Notes: a model not told the origin generated them from the sequence alone. A stretch of 64,000 bases of DNA from an uncultured Rivularia sp. (GCA_963665115.1 OY762007.1:5696001-5760000); one strand, 5' to 3'; counted from the stretch's first letter, positions 20,891 through 33,755 are shown. Program-made: numbers and translations.

Positions 20891-22315
20891 TCAAGACTTC
20901 ACAGCCACATCTTTATCTTTTTCTTTTTTCTCTTCTTCTTCCGGTAAACCTAACATCGAACGATACAAACTTACATACTTCTTAGCTGAAAGCTCCCAAC
21001 TGAAATTCTGATTCATACCTCGTTGCTGCAATTCTTGCCATTGCGGTTTGAAGCGGAAGCCCTCCCATGCTCGTACCATGCAGGTATATTGGTCTAACGC
21101 TTCGTAACGGTCGAAACAATAACCCGTACCTGCGTTATTCGTTGGATCGTGATGGGATACTGTATCTACCAATCCCCCTGTACGGCGTACAATCGGCACA
21201 CAACCGTAACGCATCGCTAGCATTTGACTGATACCGCAGGGTTCAAAACGACTGGGCATTAAGAATGCATCGCTACCAGCGTAAATGCGACGAGCTAAAG
21301 CATCGTTATATAGTATGTAGCTTGCCATTCTTCCGGGAAAACGAGATGCCATTTGCCACAGTTGGGTTTCGTAATTTCTGTCTCCAGTTCCTAATACTAT
21401 GAATTGAGCATCTGTATAGGATAAAAATTTATCAAGAACCTGCAACATTAAATCAATGCCTTTCTGTTCTACTAAACGGGATACCATCCCAATTAAAAAG
21501 GCTTTGCTATTAACTTCTAATCCCAATTCTTCCTGTAAAGCGATTTTATTCGGCTTGCGTTTCTCTAAACTTTTACTAGTGAATTTCTGTTCAATATACT
21601 TATCTGTTTCTGGGTTGTAAACTTCGGTATCTATACCATTAACAATACCCGATAATTTACCGCTAATAAATGACAGCAACCCCTCCAAGGTTTCGCCATA
21701 ATCAGCCGTCTTAATTTGGTCGGCATAAGTTGGAGAAACCGTAGTTACTTTATCGGCAAACTGTACCGCAGCCGCCATCGTGTTGTGTCCCTGCATATAC
21801 CACGGACACCAGGTAATTTTCTCTAAATACCAGCGCCAAGGACCTTGATAAGCTAAGTTGTGAATCGTAAATACGGTACTAATGTCGGGAGTTTGACTCA
21901 GCCACACCGGAAGCATCCCCGTGTGCCAATCGTGACAGTGAACTATCTCCGGTTTCCAGTAATTCCAGCAAAACTCGGCAGCACCGTTAGCAAAGAAAGT
22001 GAAGCGCCAATCTTCATCCTCGCCGCCATAAACTTTGCGCGGGTCAAAAGCCGGATGTCCAAATAAATACAGTGGAACATCAGTACTGGGAAGCACGGAT
22101 TCGTAAACCGCAAAATCATTGAACATGGCAGAACCCTTCCAAACAGGTTCTTCAGGAATTTCCATCTTATCCGGCAAAAAACCGTAATAAGGCATGAAAA
22201 TTCGGACATCATGCCCCATTTTCCGCAAAATCTTCGGCAATGCACCTACAACATCACCCATTCCGCCAACTTTCGCCACCGGAGCCGCTTCCGCCGCCAC
22301 AAATAGAATCCGCAT
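20891..22315 (-). CDS. glgA: Glycogen synthase
   Basis: [32 protein letters not shown]. Confidence 0.97.
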   Translation of the reverse strand: MRILFVAAEAAPVAKVGGMGDVVGALPKILRKMGHDVRIFMPYYGFLPDKMEIPEEPVWKGSAMFNDFAVYESVLPSTDVPLYLFGHPAFDPRKVYGGEDEDWRFTFFANGAAEFCWNYWKPEIVHCHDWHTGMLPVWLSQTPDISTVFTIHNLAYQGPWRWYLEKITWCPWYMQGHNTMAAAVQFADKVTTVSPTYADQIKTADYGETLEGLLSFISGKLSGIVNGIDTEVYNPETDKYIEQKFTSKSLEKRKPNKIALQEELGLEVNSKAFLIGMVSRLVEQKGIDLMLQVLDKFLSYTDAQFIVLGTGDRNYETQLWQMASRFPGRMASYILYNDALARRIYAGSDAFLMPSRFEPCGISQMLAMRYGCVPIVRRTGGLVDTVSHHDPTNNAGTGYCFDRYEALDQYTCMVRAWEGFRFKPQWQELQQRGMNQNFSWELSAKKYVSLYRSMLGLPEEEEKKEKDKDVAVKS

Positions 22316-22580
22316 TTCAGTTCTCAGTTATCGGTTGTCAGTTATAAGTTATCAGTTGTTGGTTGTTGGTTGATAGTTATTGGTTGTTAATCGTCAATTT
22401 ACTTTACCTGGCGACTGTAAGTCACGGCTACACCGCTCATTGTCCGGCGACCCTGGACTATCTTGAGATGATTGATTTCTAAACCCGCGCAGGGGTTTTT
22501 GCCTGTGTAGTAGTGAATTAATTCGCCGGTTCTCTTTCAATTCCCAACTATTAACTCCTAACTGCCAACTCCTAACTAAA

Positions 22581-23549
22581 TTAACTGCGATCGAGGGTAG
22601 CAAAAATCTCTTCTAAGATTTCCTGCGCTCCTTGTTCGCGCAAACGCTCCGCTAGTTGACTTCCTATTTTCTCTGGTTCGGATAAGGAACCGGAAACGGT
22701 GTCTTGAACGCGCTTTGTACCGTCGATGCTGGCGACTATGCCCGTCATGGTCAATTCATCACCATTAATTTCGGTATTTACGCCGATGGGTACTTGACAA
22801 CCGCCTTCTAAATCGCGGAGGAAAGCTCTTTCTGCAAGACAGCGATCGCGCGTTTGGGGATGTTCGATTGATTTGAGCAAGGATATCAGTTTTTCGTTGT
22901 CGGCAAGGCATTCGATGCCTAATGCACCTTGTCCGACTGCGTGAAGGGAGATTTCTTTAGGAATGACTTGATGAATGCGCTCTGCCATTCCCAAGCGTCC
23001 TAACCCTGCTGCTGCCAAGATTAAAGCGTCGTATTCCCCTGCGTCAAGTTTACCAAGGCGGGTATTTAAGTTGCCGCGTACATCTTTAAACTCGAAGTGA
23101 GGAAAATGATGCCGCAATTGCGCTAAGCGTCGTAGAGAAGATGTACCGATAACCGCGCCTTCTGGTAAGGTTTCGATTTGCTTATCTTTGTGCTTTTCAT
23201 GCACAACCAAAGCATCTGCCGGGTTTTCTCGCTCGGTAATCGTCGCCAAACCCAATCCCTCTGGCAAACGAGTTGGTAAATCCTTTAGAGAATGAACTGC
23301 AAAATCAATCTCCCGATTGATCATTCCCAATTCCAGTTCTTTGGTGAATAATGCTTTGTCACCAATCTTCGCTAAAGGCACATCCAAGATTTTGTCACCC
23401 TTGGTAGACATGGTGTGAACTTCAAACTGGATTTCGGGAAACTTTAGGGAAAGTTGCTCTTTTACCCAATGTGTCTGGATAAGAGCGAGCTGGCTTTTAC
23501 GAGAACCGATGCGAATGGTAGTGATAGAACTAGAAACAACTGATGTCAT
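22581..23549 (-). CDS. hemC: Hydroxymethylbilane synthase
   Basis: [33 protein letters not shown]. Confidence 0.97.
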   Translation of the reverse strand: MTSVVSSSITTIRIGSRKSQLALIQTHWVKEQLSLKFPEIQFEVHTMSTKGDKILDVPLAKIGDKALFTKELELGMINREIDFAVHSLKDLPTRLPEGLGLATITERENPADALVVHEKHKDKQIETLPEGAVIGTSSLRRLAQLRHHFPHFEFKDVRGNLNTRLGKLDAGEYDALILAAAGLGRLGMAERIHQVIPKEISLHAVGQGALGIECLADNEKLISLLKSIEHPQTRDRCLAERAFLRDLEGGCQVPIGVNTEINGDELTMTGIVASIDGTKRVQDTVSGSLSEPEKIGSQLAERLREQGAQEILEEIFATLDRS

Positions 23550-23850
23550 AAACCGCGCTTTGTGGTTAGCAGGAGATATATTCCTTATATAGACTACCGC
23601 AATCAGGAACTCGAAGAATTGATTTGCATAGTTTGGGTCAAGTCAATTTAGGCATTTTTTAACATTACTTTACGAACTTTTGTTAAATATTTCACAGTTA
23701 AATCTAGAGATGCTAAAAATCACATATCAGGCGGAAGTTTTTATCTTGATTCCTGGTAGAATAGGCAAAAAAATAAATTGCGAAATTATAAAGAATAATT
23801 AATTTTTTGCAGTTGATATTTTAAGTAGGGAATAGGGAACGAGGAACGGG

Positions 23851-23946
23851 AGCATCCCAGTTTTTATAATTTACCAAGATTTAAGCTGTCATTCCGTTAC
23901 GCTGCATTGGCAATGAGAAAATATATTTTTAAACATTTGGGGTGCT
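23851..23946. mobile_element. Degenerate MITE-like element
   Basis: Imperfect IR AGCATCCCA ... TGGGGTGCT. Confidence 0.4.
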
Positions 23947-24477
23947 TTTATAGGCAACAGAATAAATTATAATTAACGGCAAAAAGCTCTATAAAACCTG
24001 CCGTACAAAAATAAATATGCTTTTCAATTAACAGGAAATTAGTATCGTCTTTTTGCTCTATTCTCCGTTCAATATTTTTCGATTATTTAATGCCGCATAC
24101 AAGGTACGGAAGAACTACAATAACAAAGCTTTTTAAATAAGAATATTTTCAATAAAACTGGTTTTAATCAATGCAATTGCTGTAATAATAAAGCAATCAA
24201 TTTTGATGCTGCATTACTACCTCTTAACTAACACATTATAAACTCTTGCCTTACAAGGACTTGAGGAGGACTTTTGCCGTCAAGAGTGGGAAATTAGATT
24301 TACCTATGGGCTATGAGACTGTTAATTCGATTCTCCGTCAGACTTAAATTAAAAAAAAATAAACCCGACTCTAGAAAGAAGAAATCATTCTTTTAAAAAG
24401 ATATTAGTGATTAAGAACAAGAATCATTTTACAAAAAATGTCAGTTGATAATTTAGAGAATTTAGGAGTAAATCGCA

Positions 24478-26052
24478 TTGAAATTTGTATCAGAGCCTAC
24501 TATCGCTGAAAAAATTCGTAAAATGAAGCAGCGGGTGAAATGGGGAGACTCCGCAATAGTTGAACGAAATATTGACCAAACAAGTTTAGTTATAGATGAT
24601 GGTAAAACCGACGATGTAGAATTTTCTTTTTTAGTAGTAGGTGATAGCGGTACGGGTTCTCACCGGGGACATAGCCCGATGAGAAGAATCGCCGAACTGA
24701 TGATACCCCACTACGATGAATGTCGGTTTATGCTGCATACAGGCGATGTCGTTTATCAAGTGGGTTCAAGCGAATATTACCCCAAAAACTTTATTAAACC
24801 CTATCGCGAACTTATTGTTGGCGGCGAACATTATAAAAAAGTTGCTTATGACGAAATGGTTTTCAAGATGCCTATATTGCCCGTATTAGGAAACCACGAT
24901 TATTATGACTTACCAATTATATTCGGCTTGATATCGGCAACAACTTTACCGTTTCGTCGCTTTATTCCGTCAAAATTAGATATTGAAGTTGGTAGACACG
25001 GTTCTCACAAAGGTGATGCATTTGCACGAGCATTTTTCGATTATCTAAGCAAGTTTAATTTTCCGGGTGAATTCGCACGTCATTTGGATGAATACTACAC
25101 CGCTAAAACAGATTCAGGAAGATGTCTTCGTTACGTACCGGGGCAATTTACCCGTCTTCCTAATCGTTACTATACATTCCGTTACGGTGGGATTGATTTC
25201 TTTGCTTTAGATTCTAATACTATTAACGATCCGCTTCCTTTACCAGATACAAAGGAAGGACAAGCTTATCGCTCATTGTTGCAAAAAAGACGCGACGAGT
25301 TAGAACGAGAGCAAGAAGAAATTAGAGAAACTTCCGACAACTTAAATCCGAATAATCCCAACGACGCAGAACAAATCGATGATCTACAGTCGAAGCTGTC
25401 GCAAATCGAGGAAATGATTGTTGATATTGAGAAGCAATTAAATACTCCCAGGATTGTAGTTGTCGATACCGAACAACTTGAATGGCTAAAGCAGCGTTTA
25501 GTAGAATCTTGGAATTCATCGGAAGTGCGGGGACGAGTAGTTTATTTTCATCATCCTCCCTACGTTACTGAAGCAACTAAATGGGAACAAGCCCAGACTC
25601 TCACAGTTCGTAGCCGCATCCGAAAAGTTCTTAACGAAGTTGCTGGAGAGGTAAGTTCCTTAACTCAAGGTCGCCCTATAGTGGATTTAGTGTTAAACGG
25701 ACACGCCCACTGCATGGAACATATAGAAACATTAGATACAGGTAACGCCGACTCTAACATCAACTGGATAGTTTGCGGAGGTAGCGGACATAGCTTGCGG
25801 CGACAGCGGGAAGAAGGAGCAGACTTACAGGAATATTTATCAACGAGCGACAAAGAAAAATCTAAGGTAATTGCGCGATCGCATCTTTTTGTCGGGCGTA
25901 ACGGTTCCGGTTCCCATAAAAGAAGACCTTATTCAGGACTTCGGATTGATGTAAAAGAAGGTTCTCCACCCAAGTTCGTAGTCAAACCATTAGTTGCAGA
26001 ACGCTATCAAAGGGAATGGCATCAACCAGAAATGGAATCATTTATAATTTAA
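24478..26052 (+). CDS. Calcineurin-like metallophosphoesterase with coiled-coil insertion
   Basis: GDSG, GDVVY, GNHD, HHPPY, GHAH; TTG start after GGAG. Confidence 0.9.
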   Translation: MKFVSEPTIAEKIRKMKQRVKWGDSAIVERNIDQTSLVIDDGKTDDVEFSFLVVGDSGTGSHRGHSPMRRIAELMIPHYDECRFMLHTGDVVYQVGSSEYYPKNFIKPYRELIVGGEHYKKVAYDEMVFKMPILPVLGNHDYYDLPIIFGLISATTLPFRRFIPSKLDIEVGRHGSHKGDAFARAFFDYLSKFNFPGEFARHLDEYYTAKTDSGRCLRYVPGQFTRLPNRYYTFRYGGIDFFALDSNTINDPLPLPDTKEGQAYRSLLQKRRDELEREQEEIRETSDNLNPNNPNDAEQIDDLQSKLSQIEEMIVDIEKQLNTPRIVVVDTEQLEWLKQRLVESWNSSEVRGRVVYFHHPPYVTEATKWEQAQTLTVRSRIRKVLNEVAGEVSSLTQGRPIVDLVLNGHAHCMEHIETLDTGNADSNINWIVCGGSGHSLRRQREEGADLQEYLSTSDKEKSKVIARSHLFVGRNGSGSHKRRPYSGLRIDVKEGSPPKFVVKPLVAERYQREWHQPEMESFII

Positions 26053-26079
26053 ACCGAATTGAATTATTTGTAAGAATAT

Positions 26080-26111
26080 AGAAACCCGGTATCTTAAAGA
26101 TACTGGGTTTC
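26080..26111. terminator. Bidirectional hairpin
   Basis: AGAAACCCGGTATCT/AGATACTGGGTTTCT between convergent genes. Confidence 0.6.
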
Positions 26112-26287
26112 TTAAATGCAAGATTAATTATTGCTGAAAAATTTATTATTTGAAACCATTTTCATCCGGGAGTATCCCATATTTTTCATTTTGCGGATTT
26201 TTCAACAATTGGAATATTCATGAGGATAATCCAAAATCCAAAATCGAATTGATTTTTGACTTTTGGCTTCTGCCAAGATTCAAAAAA

Positions 26288-26656
26288 TTAAATCGCACCT
26301 GGTCCTTTACCACGAGTGTCAGCTTCCATTGTTAAATCGCCATCTTTTTCTTCATTAACTTCTTTAAGCTCCTCAGCACGTTGTGCAGCTTCTTCTTGTG
26401 CTTGTGCTTTAGCATCACCAGGTTCTTCGTAGTACATTTCCGGCTCAACTGCGTAATTATTTACCAAGCCTTCTTTATCTACGGTATAACCTTCAGAAGT
26501 ATCTAAACTTGAATCTTCTTCTTTGTCAGGAGTATCTTTATAATTACCTTTCTCTCTTTCTCTACGAGCCGCAGTCTCAGCAGGAACTATACCTCTATCG
26601 TATTTTTCCTCTTGAACGCGATCGGATGAATCTACAGCTTTATTCTTATCAGCCAT
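26288..26656 (-). CDS. Acidic conserved hypothetical protein
   Basis: AAGGAG RBS; YDRGIVPAETAAR, GYTVDKEGLVNNYAVEPEMY. Confidence 0.8.
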   Translation of the reverse strand: MADKNKAVDSSDRVQEEKYDRGIVPAETAARREREKGNYKDTPDKEEDSSLDTSEGYTVDKEGLVNNYAVEPEMYYEEPGDAKAQAQEEAAQRAEELKEVNEEKDGDLTMEADTRGKGPGAI

Positions 26657-27014
26657 TACTACTGCTCCTTATTAAATAGTTTCTTAATTAACTTCTAAAA
26701 CTAGATTAGGTTAATAGATGGTGAAGAACATACTATCGTTAGAAGTGTCTTAACCTAAATAGTCACTAATTTTTCTCTTTCGCAAGATATAAATATAAGC
26801 AAAAATTATTGTAACTATAGTATGAATTTACCGCTCTATTTGATTTTAGGGACTTCCAAAAAATAATTTATCCAAAATTGTAGTCGGAGCTTGCGGAGCA
26901 GACACTAAGGAAATTAATTGGAGCAACTATCAAAAATAAAAAACCCGACTTCTTAAAAAAATCGGGTTTACATTATTAGAAATTAGTTCAAAGTACTACA
27001 GAGGTGAAGGAAAA

Positions 27015-27467
27015 TTAGTTCAAAGATTCCGTCTTATTTTGACCTGTAATTTGTTTTTTGAAAGACTCAATTTCAGCGGCTAATTCTTTTCTAGTTGGTG
27101 CTTTAAGTAGGTAGCGGAATACAAACCAACCAGTATATCCAATTCCAATCAACTCAAAAACAGAAGATACCAAAGGAATATCGTTAACCGCAGCGAGCAT
27201 TGCTAACACAACTCTCAAAGCGACGAATGATGCTAAAAACACTGCAAGCCCAATAAGCGGTGTTTTATATGCGCTGTAAAACTTGTTTAAGTCTTCAGGA
27301 ATCTCTGCCAAGAATTGAGAAATTTTGGCCCCAACCATTTCTAATTGATTAGGTTCCTCAGCAGGTGGTAACTTCGCTATAGTTTGGGGATTAGTACCAT
27401 CTAACGCTGGCATCTCGCTTTGTAAAGCGGTATCAACCTTTTGTGGTTCCTTATATTCTGTCTCCAT
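27015..27467 (-). CDS. CAAD/CURT1-domain membrane protein
   Basis: Two TM helices, IPLVSSVFELIGIGYTGWFVFRYLL. Confidence 0.85.
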   Translation of the reverse strand: METEYKEPQKVDTALQSEMPALDGTNPQTIAKLPPAEEPNQLEMVGAKISQFLAEIPEDLNKFYSAYKTPLIGLAVFLASFVALRVVLAMLAAVNDIPLVSSVFELIGIGYTGWFVFRYLLKAPTRKELAAEIESFKKQITGQNKTESLN

Positions 27468-27893
27468 TTTTTTCTCCTTACTTTAATAAATTTAACGACG
27501 TTTCTGTATTTTCAAGCTTCAGCCTAAAATTTTTAGTGCTATGGTATCAGCCCACCCATTCACCATATTTACTTTACCCTCTGAAAAAAAACACTTGTTT
27601 GTTAATTTATTGTTACTTTCATGTGTAGCTAGATAAAAGCCTTTGTTATCGAGTATGGGTTATTGGGCATAGGGCATAGGGCATTGAATGCAGCAAAACA
27701 ACGTATTTACATTCTTTGACATAAATTTTTTATTATTGCTCCTTAATCTATTTCTACATTTACTAATAAATTCTTCATCAATCTCTTGGAACATTATTCA
27801 TCTCTATCAAGAGATACAGTTATCAGTCAGCAGTGAGCAGTTAGGAGTTGATAGATAAATGTCCCCTTGTCCCCTTGTCCCCCCATCTCTCCC

Positions 27894-27973
27894 TACCCTT
27901 CGGGAACACCTCCGGTGAACAGGTTGCGCCACTTCTCTCAACGGAGGGAGACGACCCCACCACGAGAGTGGCT
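27894..27973. repeat. SDR-type small repeats inserted within an STRR tract
   Basis: TACCCTTCGGGAACACC...; GCCACTTCTCTCAACG...CACGAGAGTGGCT also present at 11222-11263. Confidence 0.7.
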
Positions 27974-28129
27974 TACCATCTCCCCCTCTCCCCATCGTGA
28001 TAAACGTCACTTTGTTTCGAGACTGAAATCACTTTGCGGTGCTTGGGTTTTCACTTAGATTATGAAAAAGATGAGTTATAACTGAAGCAAAAATATGGAT
28101 ACGTTTATAGTTTGCTCAGAGGAATTACT

Positions 28130-28276
28130 ATGTATGAGAAGCTTCTACTAGCGATTGGTTTAACGTTGGCTCTCCATTTATGCACGCTAACAGGTTTATT
28201 TTCTCTTAGTCAAACTAGCCAAGAAGGTATACAAAACGAAACCTTTTTGTTTGTGGCGCAGAAGCATAAAAATTAA
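28130..28276 (+). CDS. 48-aa small protein with signal-peptide-like N-terminus (not in ORF track)
   Basis: GAGGA RBS; MYEKLLLAIGLTLALHLCTLTGLFSLSQTSQEGIQNETFLFVAQKHKN. Confidence 0.6.
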   Translation: MYEKLLLAIGLTLALHLCTLTGLFSLSQTSQEGIQNETFLFVAQKHKN

Positions 28277-28435
28277 ATATAGGCTTGGTGTGATTAATTG
28301 ATAACTAGAATATTTGAAGTTTGAGTTTAACCTAAAAAATACGAGTTTTCACTTAGCTACAATAGCAGATAGTATTAATTATTATAGGTTAAGCTGGGTA
28401 GTCAGTAAAACATACTGCTATCTATTGACTCAGAG

Positions 28436-29209
28436 ATGAAAAATCAATTCGTTATAGCTACAATCGTATTTCTTTCGAGTTTTAGTTTCGCAACCGCAGC
28501 CCAAGCAGCAAATCCCGCACACGTTAGACAGTTACTAGCAACTAAGCAATGTGCAAACTGCGATTTGAGCGGTGCGGGTTTGGTAATGTCTGATTTATCT
28601 GGAGCAGATTTACGTGGTGCAAATTTAACTGGTGCAAATCTTAGTCGTGCAAACTTGAATGGTGCCGATTTGCGCGATGCTAATTTAAGCGGTGCTGGAT
28701 TATTCGGCGCTAATTTGAATGGTGCGAAACTCAACCGTGTAAATTTATTGGGTGCCGATTTAAGAAATACTTATCTTGTAAACGCACAGCTAACAGATAT
28801 AGACGTAGATACAGCTAATTTACAAGGAGCAACTGGTATCTCATCTCAAGTTGCTAAGCCAGAGCAATTTTATGCTTGGGGTATAGCTTCGGCAGAAAAA
28901 GGTAATTTACAACAAGCAACACAATATTTTAATCAAGCCATTGATGCCAAACCCGATTACGCCGGAGCTTACTTAGCTCGCGGTATTGCTCGCTATCATA
29001 TGTTAGATAGCAAAGGTGCTGTTGAAGATGCTCAATTTGCGGAAAAACTATTCAAATCTCAGAAAGACATTACAGGAATACAAACAGCACAAGTATTTAT
29101 TTTAGAAGTAAAAACACCCCAAGAAGGAAAAGTACGTCCATCTAAACCAACTTTAATGGACTTTGTTGGCAGTTTAAGTTCTGTATTACTTCAGTTTTTA
29201 CCGTTTTAA
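28436..29209 (+). CDS. Secreted pentapeptide-repeat protein with TPR
   Basis: Signal peptide, CANCDL, A(D/N)LxG repeats, C-terminal TPR. Confidence 0.9.
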   Translation: MKNQFVIATIVFLSSFSFATAAQAANPAHVRQLLATKQCANCDLSGAGLVMSDLSGADLRGANLTGANLSRANLNGADLRDANLSGAGLFGANLNGAKLNRVNLLGADLRNTYLVNAQLTDIDVDTANLQGATGISSQVAKPEQFYAWGIASAEKGNLQQATQYFNQAIDAKPDYAGAYLARGIARYHMLDSKGAVEDAQFAEKLFKSQKDITGIQTAQVFILEVKTPQEGKVRPSKPTLMDFVGSLSSVLLQFLPF

Positions 29210-29350
29210 GAATCGGGGATTAGGGAATGAGAGGAGGGAGAGGGGGTAGAGGAGGGAGAGGGGGTAGAGTGGGGAGAGGGGGAGACGAGGAGACGAGGAG
29301 ACAAGGAGAAATTAATTGATAATTGATAATTGATAACTGATAACTGATTT

Positions 29351-29971
29351 ATGGTTTCTGATGATTTGTGGAAAGATAATAACGATTTAGCTTCATGTTG
29401 TTTGGAGCATCCTTTTGTAAGAGGAATTGCCGATGGTACTTTGGAACGGCAGAAATTCGCTTATTATGTGGGACAAGATGCTTTTTTCTTGGAATCTTTC
29501 GCTCGTGCTTACAGTATCGCTGCTGCGAAATCTCCAGATTTTTCTGTATTCACGACGTTTCACAATTTAGCTAGTGGTGTATTGGAAGAATTACAGCTTC
29601 ACCAAGGTTATGCTCGCGAGTGGAGTGTGGATTTACAGATACAGCAACCAGGTAATGCAACTCGTCGCTACATAGATTTTTTAATCGCAACTGCTTGGAG
29701 TGGTGATATCGGTTTAATTGCTGCTGCTATGTCTCCTTGTATGGGTTTATATGCTTTTTTAGGAACGGAATTAGCAAAAAACGGTATTCCAAATCATCAA
29801 TATGCAGACTGGATTCGTACTTACAGCAGTTCGGATTTTCAACCTTTAGCGGAAGAATTGGCAAATCTCCTCGATACTCATGGAAGTAATACCGCAGCAG
29901 TCGCTTCCGCTTATAGATATGCAATGTCATGCGAATTAGACTTTTTTCAAGCAGCGTGGGAAGTCAGTTAA
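29351..29971 (+). CDS. TenA family protein
   Basis: HPFV, YVGQDAFFL, PCMGLY, YADWIRTY, ELDFF. Confidence 0.9.
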   Translation: MVSDDLWKDNNDLASCCLEHPFVRGIADGTLERQKFAYYVGQDAFFLESFARAYSIAAAKSPDFSVFTTFHNLASGVLEELQLHQGYAREWSVDLQIQQPGNATRRYIDFLIATAWSGDIGLIAAAMSPCMGLYAFLGTELAKNGIPNHQYADWIRTYSSSDFQPLAEELANLLDTHGSNTAAVASAYRYAMSCELDFFQAAWEVS

Positions 29972-30031
29972 CAGTTAACAATTATCAATTACCAATTTTC
30001 TACCCCCTCTTCCCCCTCTCTCTTTCACACT

Positions 30032-31003
30032 TCAACCCTGCCAATCTCCTAACTGCGTAACTAAGAAATAGCGCACGTGTTGGACAAAATCTGGACCAAA
30101 TTTTCTTGTTCCGTGCCCCATTCCAGGAACGACGTAAACATCACCATCGGGAAATTTTTGAGCGCAAGCACGGGTATGTTTAACGCTTACAATCGGATCG
30201 TTAGCACCAATTAAAAAGCGAACTCGACGCGGTAATTTAACTGACTCAACGAAATTCATGGGATTGCATTCGAGGGCGTATTCATCTTCGTATTTTAATT
30301 TTTTGGCTAACTGCAAAATTTTCACCATTGGCTGCAAATCCGGTTGGAAACGTTTTAATATTGATTCGGCAATTCCACCCAAGGGTGAAGCTGCAATATC
30401 TGGTAAAAACGAATATCCCCAACTTTTGGCGAAGGATTTTAAGTCCCCATGCCCAATAGTTCCTAAAAGTCTTTCTCCCATTCCATTTGCAGTAAAGGCG
30501 TAGGTGGAAAACAACACTCCCATACTTACCCCAAATAATGCAACTCTGGAATCATCAAGTCCGTATTTATGACTGCAAAATTCTTTAACTCTAGCAATGT
30601 CGTTAGCGGTGCTACGAAATATTGACAGTAGCATGGCTGTATCGAAGGGAATTCCTCGATCGAGCAAAGGTTTAATTTCTTTGTCTACCATACTTGTAAA
30701 GCTACGTACCAAGCTACGCTCGCCAGCTAATGGTGTATCGAATAAAGCTACAGCTATGCCCATTTGAGTCAGCGTCGGCACAATAAAAGCATTCCAACCG
30801 TAAGGGGCGCACATTCCCTGTAAACCAATTACTAAGGGTGTATGCTCTCTTGAACGATAGCTAGGCAAAAATACAGCTACCGGAAATCCACTTAATCGCT
30901 CATCTATATCTGTTACCCCAGTATAAGGATAATGTTCGTGAAACCAATAGCGATCGCCAGTTACACCTGCAAAAGTAATCGAGTCAGGTTCGTATATTGG
31001 CAT
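30032..31003 (-). CDS. Alpha/beta hydrolase
   Basis: GVSMG nucleophile elbow, GANDPIV, GMGH. Confidence 0.8.
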   Translation of the reverse strand: MPIYEPDSITFAGVTGDRYWFHEHYPYTGVTDIDERLSGFPVAVFLPSYRSREHTPLVIGLQGMCAPYGWNAFIVPTLTQMGIAVALFDTPLAGERSLVRSFTSMVDKEIKPLLDRGIPFDTAMLLSIFRSTANDIARVKEFCSHKYGLDDSRVALFGVSMGVLFSTYAFTANGMGERLLGTIGHGDLKSFAKSWGYSFLPDIAASPLGGIAESILKRFQPDLQPMVKILQLAKKLKYEDEYALECNPMNFVESVKLPRRVRFLIGANDPIVSVKHTRACAQKFPDGDVYVVPGMGHGTRKFGPDFVQHVRYFLVTQLGDWQG

Positions 31004-31345
31004 ACAAATAATTAAGTAAAATTAGCTATATATTTACTATTTATTTATATAACTTTCCCCAATTTTCGATGTAAACCAAATGTGGAAAATGAAATTAATT
31101 TTGCATGGTTAGTTCTGATTTTTGTAGATGTATTTTTACAAAAAATTCCCATAAACTAGGTTTGTGTCAAAAAATGTAAATTTTGTAAAATGCCTTACAG
31201 TTACTTTTTTGCTTAGCTTGACTGGGGTTAGGAGAAACCAATACATTTATGCCTACCTATTGCCAATCAATAGTTTCTGATATTTTGAGATAATCTACGG
31301 AGCAAAAGCGCCTCGATGATAAATAATGGCGCGGAGGGGAACTTA

Positions 31346-33019
31346 ATGTCAGATAATTTCAGAAGCCGAGTTGTAACGCAAGGGGTGCAGCGATCGCCAA
31401 ATCGAGCGATGTTGCGTGCTGTTGGTTTTGAGGATAAGGATTTTAATAAGCCGATTGTGGGTATTGCTAATAGTTTTAGTACTATTACTCCCTGCAATAT
31501 GGGCATCAATACACTCGCGCAAAGGGCTGAAAAAGGCGTTCGCGATGCCGAAGCGATGCCGCAGATGTTCGGTACAATTACCATTAGCGATGGTATTTCG
31601 ATGGGAACTGAGGGAATGAAGTATTCCTTGGTGTCGCGTGAGGTAATTGCTGATTCCATTGAAACTGCTTGCACCGGGCAAAGTATGGATGGTGTGCTGG
31701 CTATTGGTGGTTGTGATAAAAATATGCCGGGAGCGATGATTGCTATTGCTCGGATGAATATACCGGCGATTTTTGTTTACGGTGGTACGATTAAACCCGG
31801 ACATCATGATGGTAAAGACTTAACTGTTGTCAGCTCTTTTGAAGCGGTAGGAGAATACAGCGCTGGTAACATCAAAGAAGATGAACTTTTAGCAGTTGAG
31901 AAGAATGCTTGTCCCGGTGCGGGTTCTTGCGGTGGAATGTATACTGCTAACACAATGTCTTCTGCTTTTGAAGCTTTAGGTATGAGCTTGCCTTATTCCT
32001 CTACAATGGCGGCGGAAGATGCAGAAAAAGCTGATAATACGGAACAGTCGGCGACTGTATTGGTGGAAGCAGTACGATACAAACTTTTACCGCGTCAAAT
32101 AATTACTCGTAAATCTATAGAAAACGCCATTTCTGTAGTTATGGCTGTTGGAGGTTCCACAAATGCAGTGCTACACTTTTTGGCGATCGCTAATGCTGCG
32201 GGTGTGGGATTAACTATTGATGACTTTGAAACTATCCGCGCTCGCGTTCCCGTACTGTGCGATTTAAAACCCAGCGGTAAGTATGTTGCTATCGATTTAC
32301 ACAAAGCTGGTGGCATTCCTCAAGTGATGAAAATGTTACTTGCTCACGATTTATTACACGGTGACTGTATAACTATTAGCGGTAAAACAATCGCTGAAGT
32401 CTTGGCAGATATACCCGAAGAACCACGCAGCGACCAAGATGTTATTCGTCCTTGGAATAACCCCATGTATAAACAAGGGCATTTGGCAATTCTCAAAGGT
32501 AACTTAGCAGCCGAGGGAGCAGTAGCGAAAATTAGCGGCGTGAAAATGCCTAAAATTACTGGCCCTGCACGGGTATTTGAATCAGAAGAAACCTGCTTGG
32601 ATGCCATACTTTCCGGTAAAATTCAGGCTGGTGATGTAATTGTAGTTCGCTACGAAGGGCCAAAAGGAGGCCCCGGAATGCGGGAAATGTTAGCACCTAC
32701 CGCTGCAATAATTGGAGCGCGTTTGGGAGATTCGGTAGGTTTAATTACTGATGGACGTTTTTCCGGCGGAAGTTACGGAACAGTAGTTGGACACGTAGCT
32801 CCAGAAGCCGCAGTTGGTGGAACTATAGCTTTGGTAGAAGAAGGAGACATGATAACAATTGATGCCAGTGCGCGGTTGTTGCGATTAGAAGTTTCTGACG
32901 AAGAAATAGCCAAACGTCGCGTAGATTGGAGAGCGCCAGCACCAAGATATACAAAAGGTGTTTTGGCGAAGTATGCCAAGTTGGTTTCTTCTAGTAGCTT
33001 GGGAGCGGTGACGGATTAA
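31346..33019 (+). CDS. ilvD: Dihydroxy-acid dehydratase
   Basis: [35 protein letters not shown]. Confidence 0.97.
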   Translation: MSDNFRSRVVTQGVQRSPNRAMLRAVGFEDKDFNKPIVGIANSFSTITPCNMGINTLAQRAEKGVRDAEAMPQMFGTITISDGISMGTEGMKYSLVSREVIADSIETACTGQSMDGVLAIGGCDKNMPGAMIAIARMNIPAIFVYGGTIKPGHHDGKDLTVVSSFEAVGEYSAGNIKEDELLAVEKNACPGAGSCGGMYTANTMSSAFEALGMSLPYSSTMAAEDAEKADNTEQSATVLVEAVRYKLLPRQIITRKSIENAISVVMAVGGSTNAVLHFLAIANAAGVGLTIDDFETIRARVPVLCDLKPSGKYVAIDLHKAGGIPQVMKMLLAHDLLHGDCITISGKTIAEVLADIPEEPRSDQDVIRPWNNPMYKQGHLAILKGNLAAEGAVAKISGVKMPKITGPARVFESEETCLDAILSGKIQAGDVIVVRYEGPKGGPGMREMLAPTAAIIGARLGDSVGLITDGRFSGGSYGTVVGHVAPEAAVGGTIALVEEGDMITIDASARLLRLEVSDEEIAKRRVDWRAPAPRYTKGVLAKYAKLVSSSSLGAVTD

Positions 33020-33191
33020 AAAGAGTTAGTGGTTAGTGGTTAGTGGTTAGTGGTTGGTGGTTAGTGATTAGTTGTTAGGAGTTAGGAATTTTCTAACCAC
33101 TCTCCTTGTCTCCTTGTCCCCTTGTCCCCTTGTCTCCTTTTCCCCCCATCACAGTTAAGATTGATTTACACCAACATTCACGGGCACTTCT

Positions 33192-33755
33192 ATGAACACC
33201 GTTGTGCTAAATTTAGAGCCAATTATTCGTTTGAGCGACGAGCAGTTTTATCAACTTTGCGTGGTAAACCGAGATTTAAGTTTGGAATTGAATGCTACAG
33301 GAGGATTAATTATTGTGCCACCAGTGGGAGGGGAAAGCGGAAACCAAGAAGCGGATTTGATTACCGATTTGAATATTTGGAATCGTCAAACTGGGTTAGG
33401 AAAAGTTTTTAGTTCTTCTACTATATTTAAGTTACCAAATGGTGCAAAACGTTCTCCCGATGCAGCTTGGGTAAAGTTGGAGCGTTGGGAAGCTTTAAGT
33501 TTAGAGGAGCGTAAAAAATTTCCATCATTGGCACCTGATTTTGTAATTGAACTTCGTTCCGAAAGCGACGGTTTAAAACCTCTTCAAAATAAAATGCAGG
33601 AGTATTTAGAAAATGGTGTGCGTTTGGGTTGGTTAATTAATCCTCAAGATAAGCAAGTGGAAATTTATCGTCAAAATCAATCGGTAGAGGTAGGAATAAT
33701 TCCGATAACGCTTTCTGGGGAAGATGTTTTAGCGGGGTTTGAATTGCGATTGTAA
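33192..33755 (+). CDS. Uma2 family endonuclease
   Basis: SPDAAW, APDFVIELRS, KMQEYLENG. Confidence 0.92.
   Translation: MNTVVLNLEPIIRLSDEQFYQLCVVNRDLSLELNATGGLIIVPPVGGESGNQEADLITDLNIWNRQTGLGKVFSSSTIFKLPNGAKRSPDAAWVKLERWEALSLEERKKFPSLAPDFVIELRSESDGLKPLQNKMQEYLENGVRLGWLINPQDKQVEIYRQNQSVEVGIIPITLSGEDVLAGFELRL

Noticed and set aside
27807..28058. Two short opposing ORFs
   Set aside because: Read through STRR and SDR repeats
31185..31198. GTA-N8-TAC between the hydrolase and ilvD
   Set aside because: No TAN3T at 22-23 nt on either strand; may be chance or a non-class-II site
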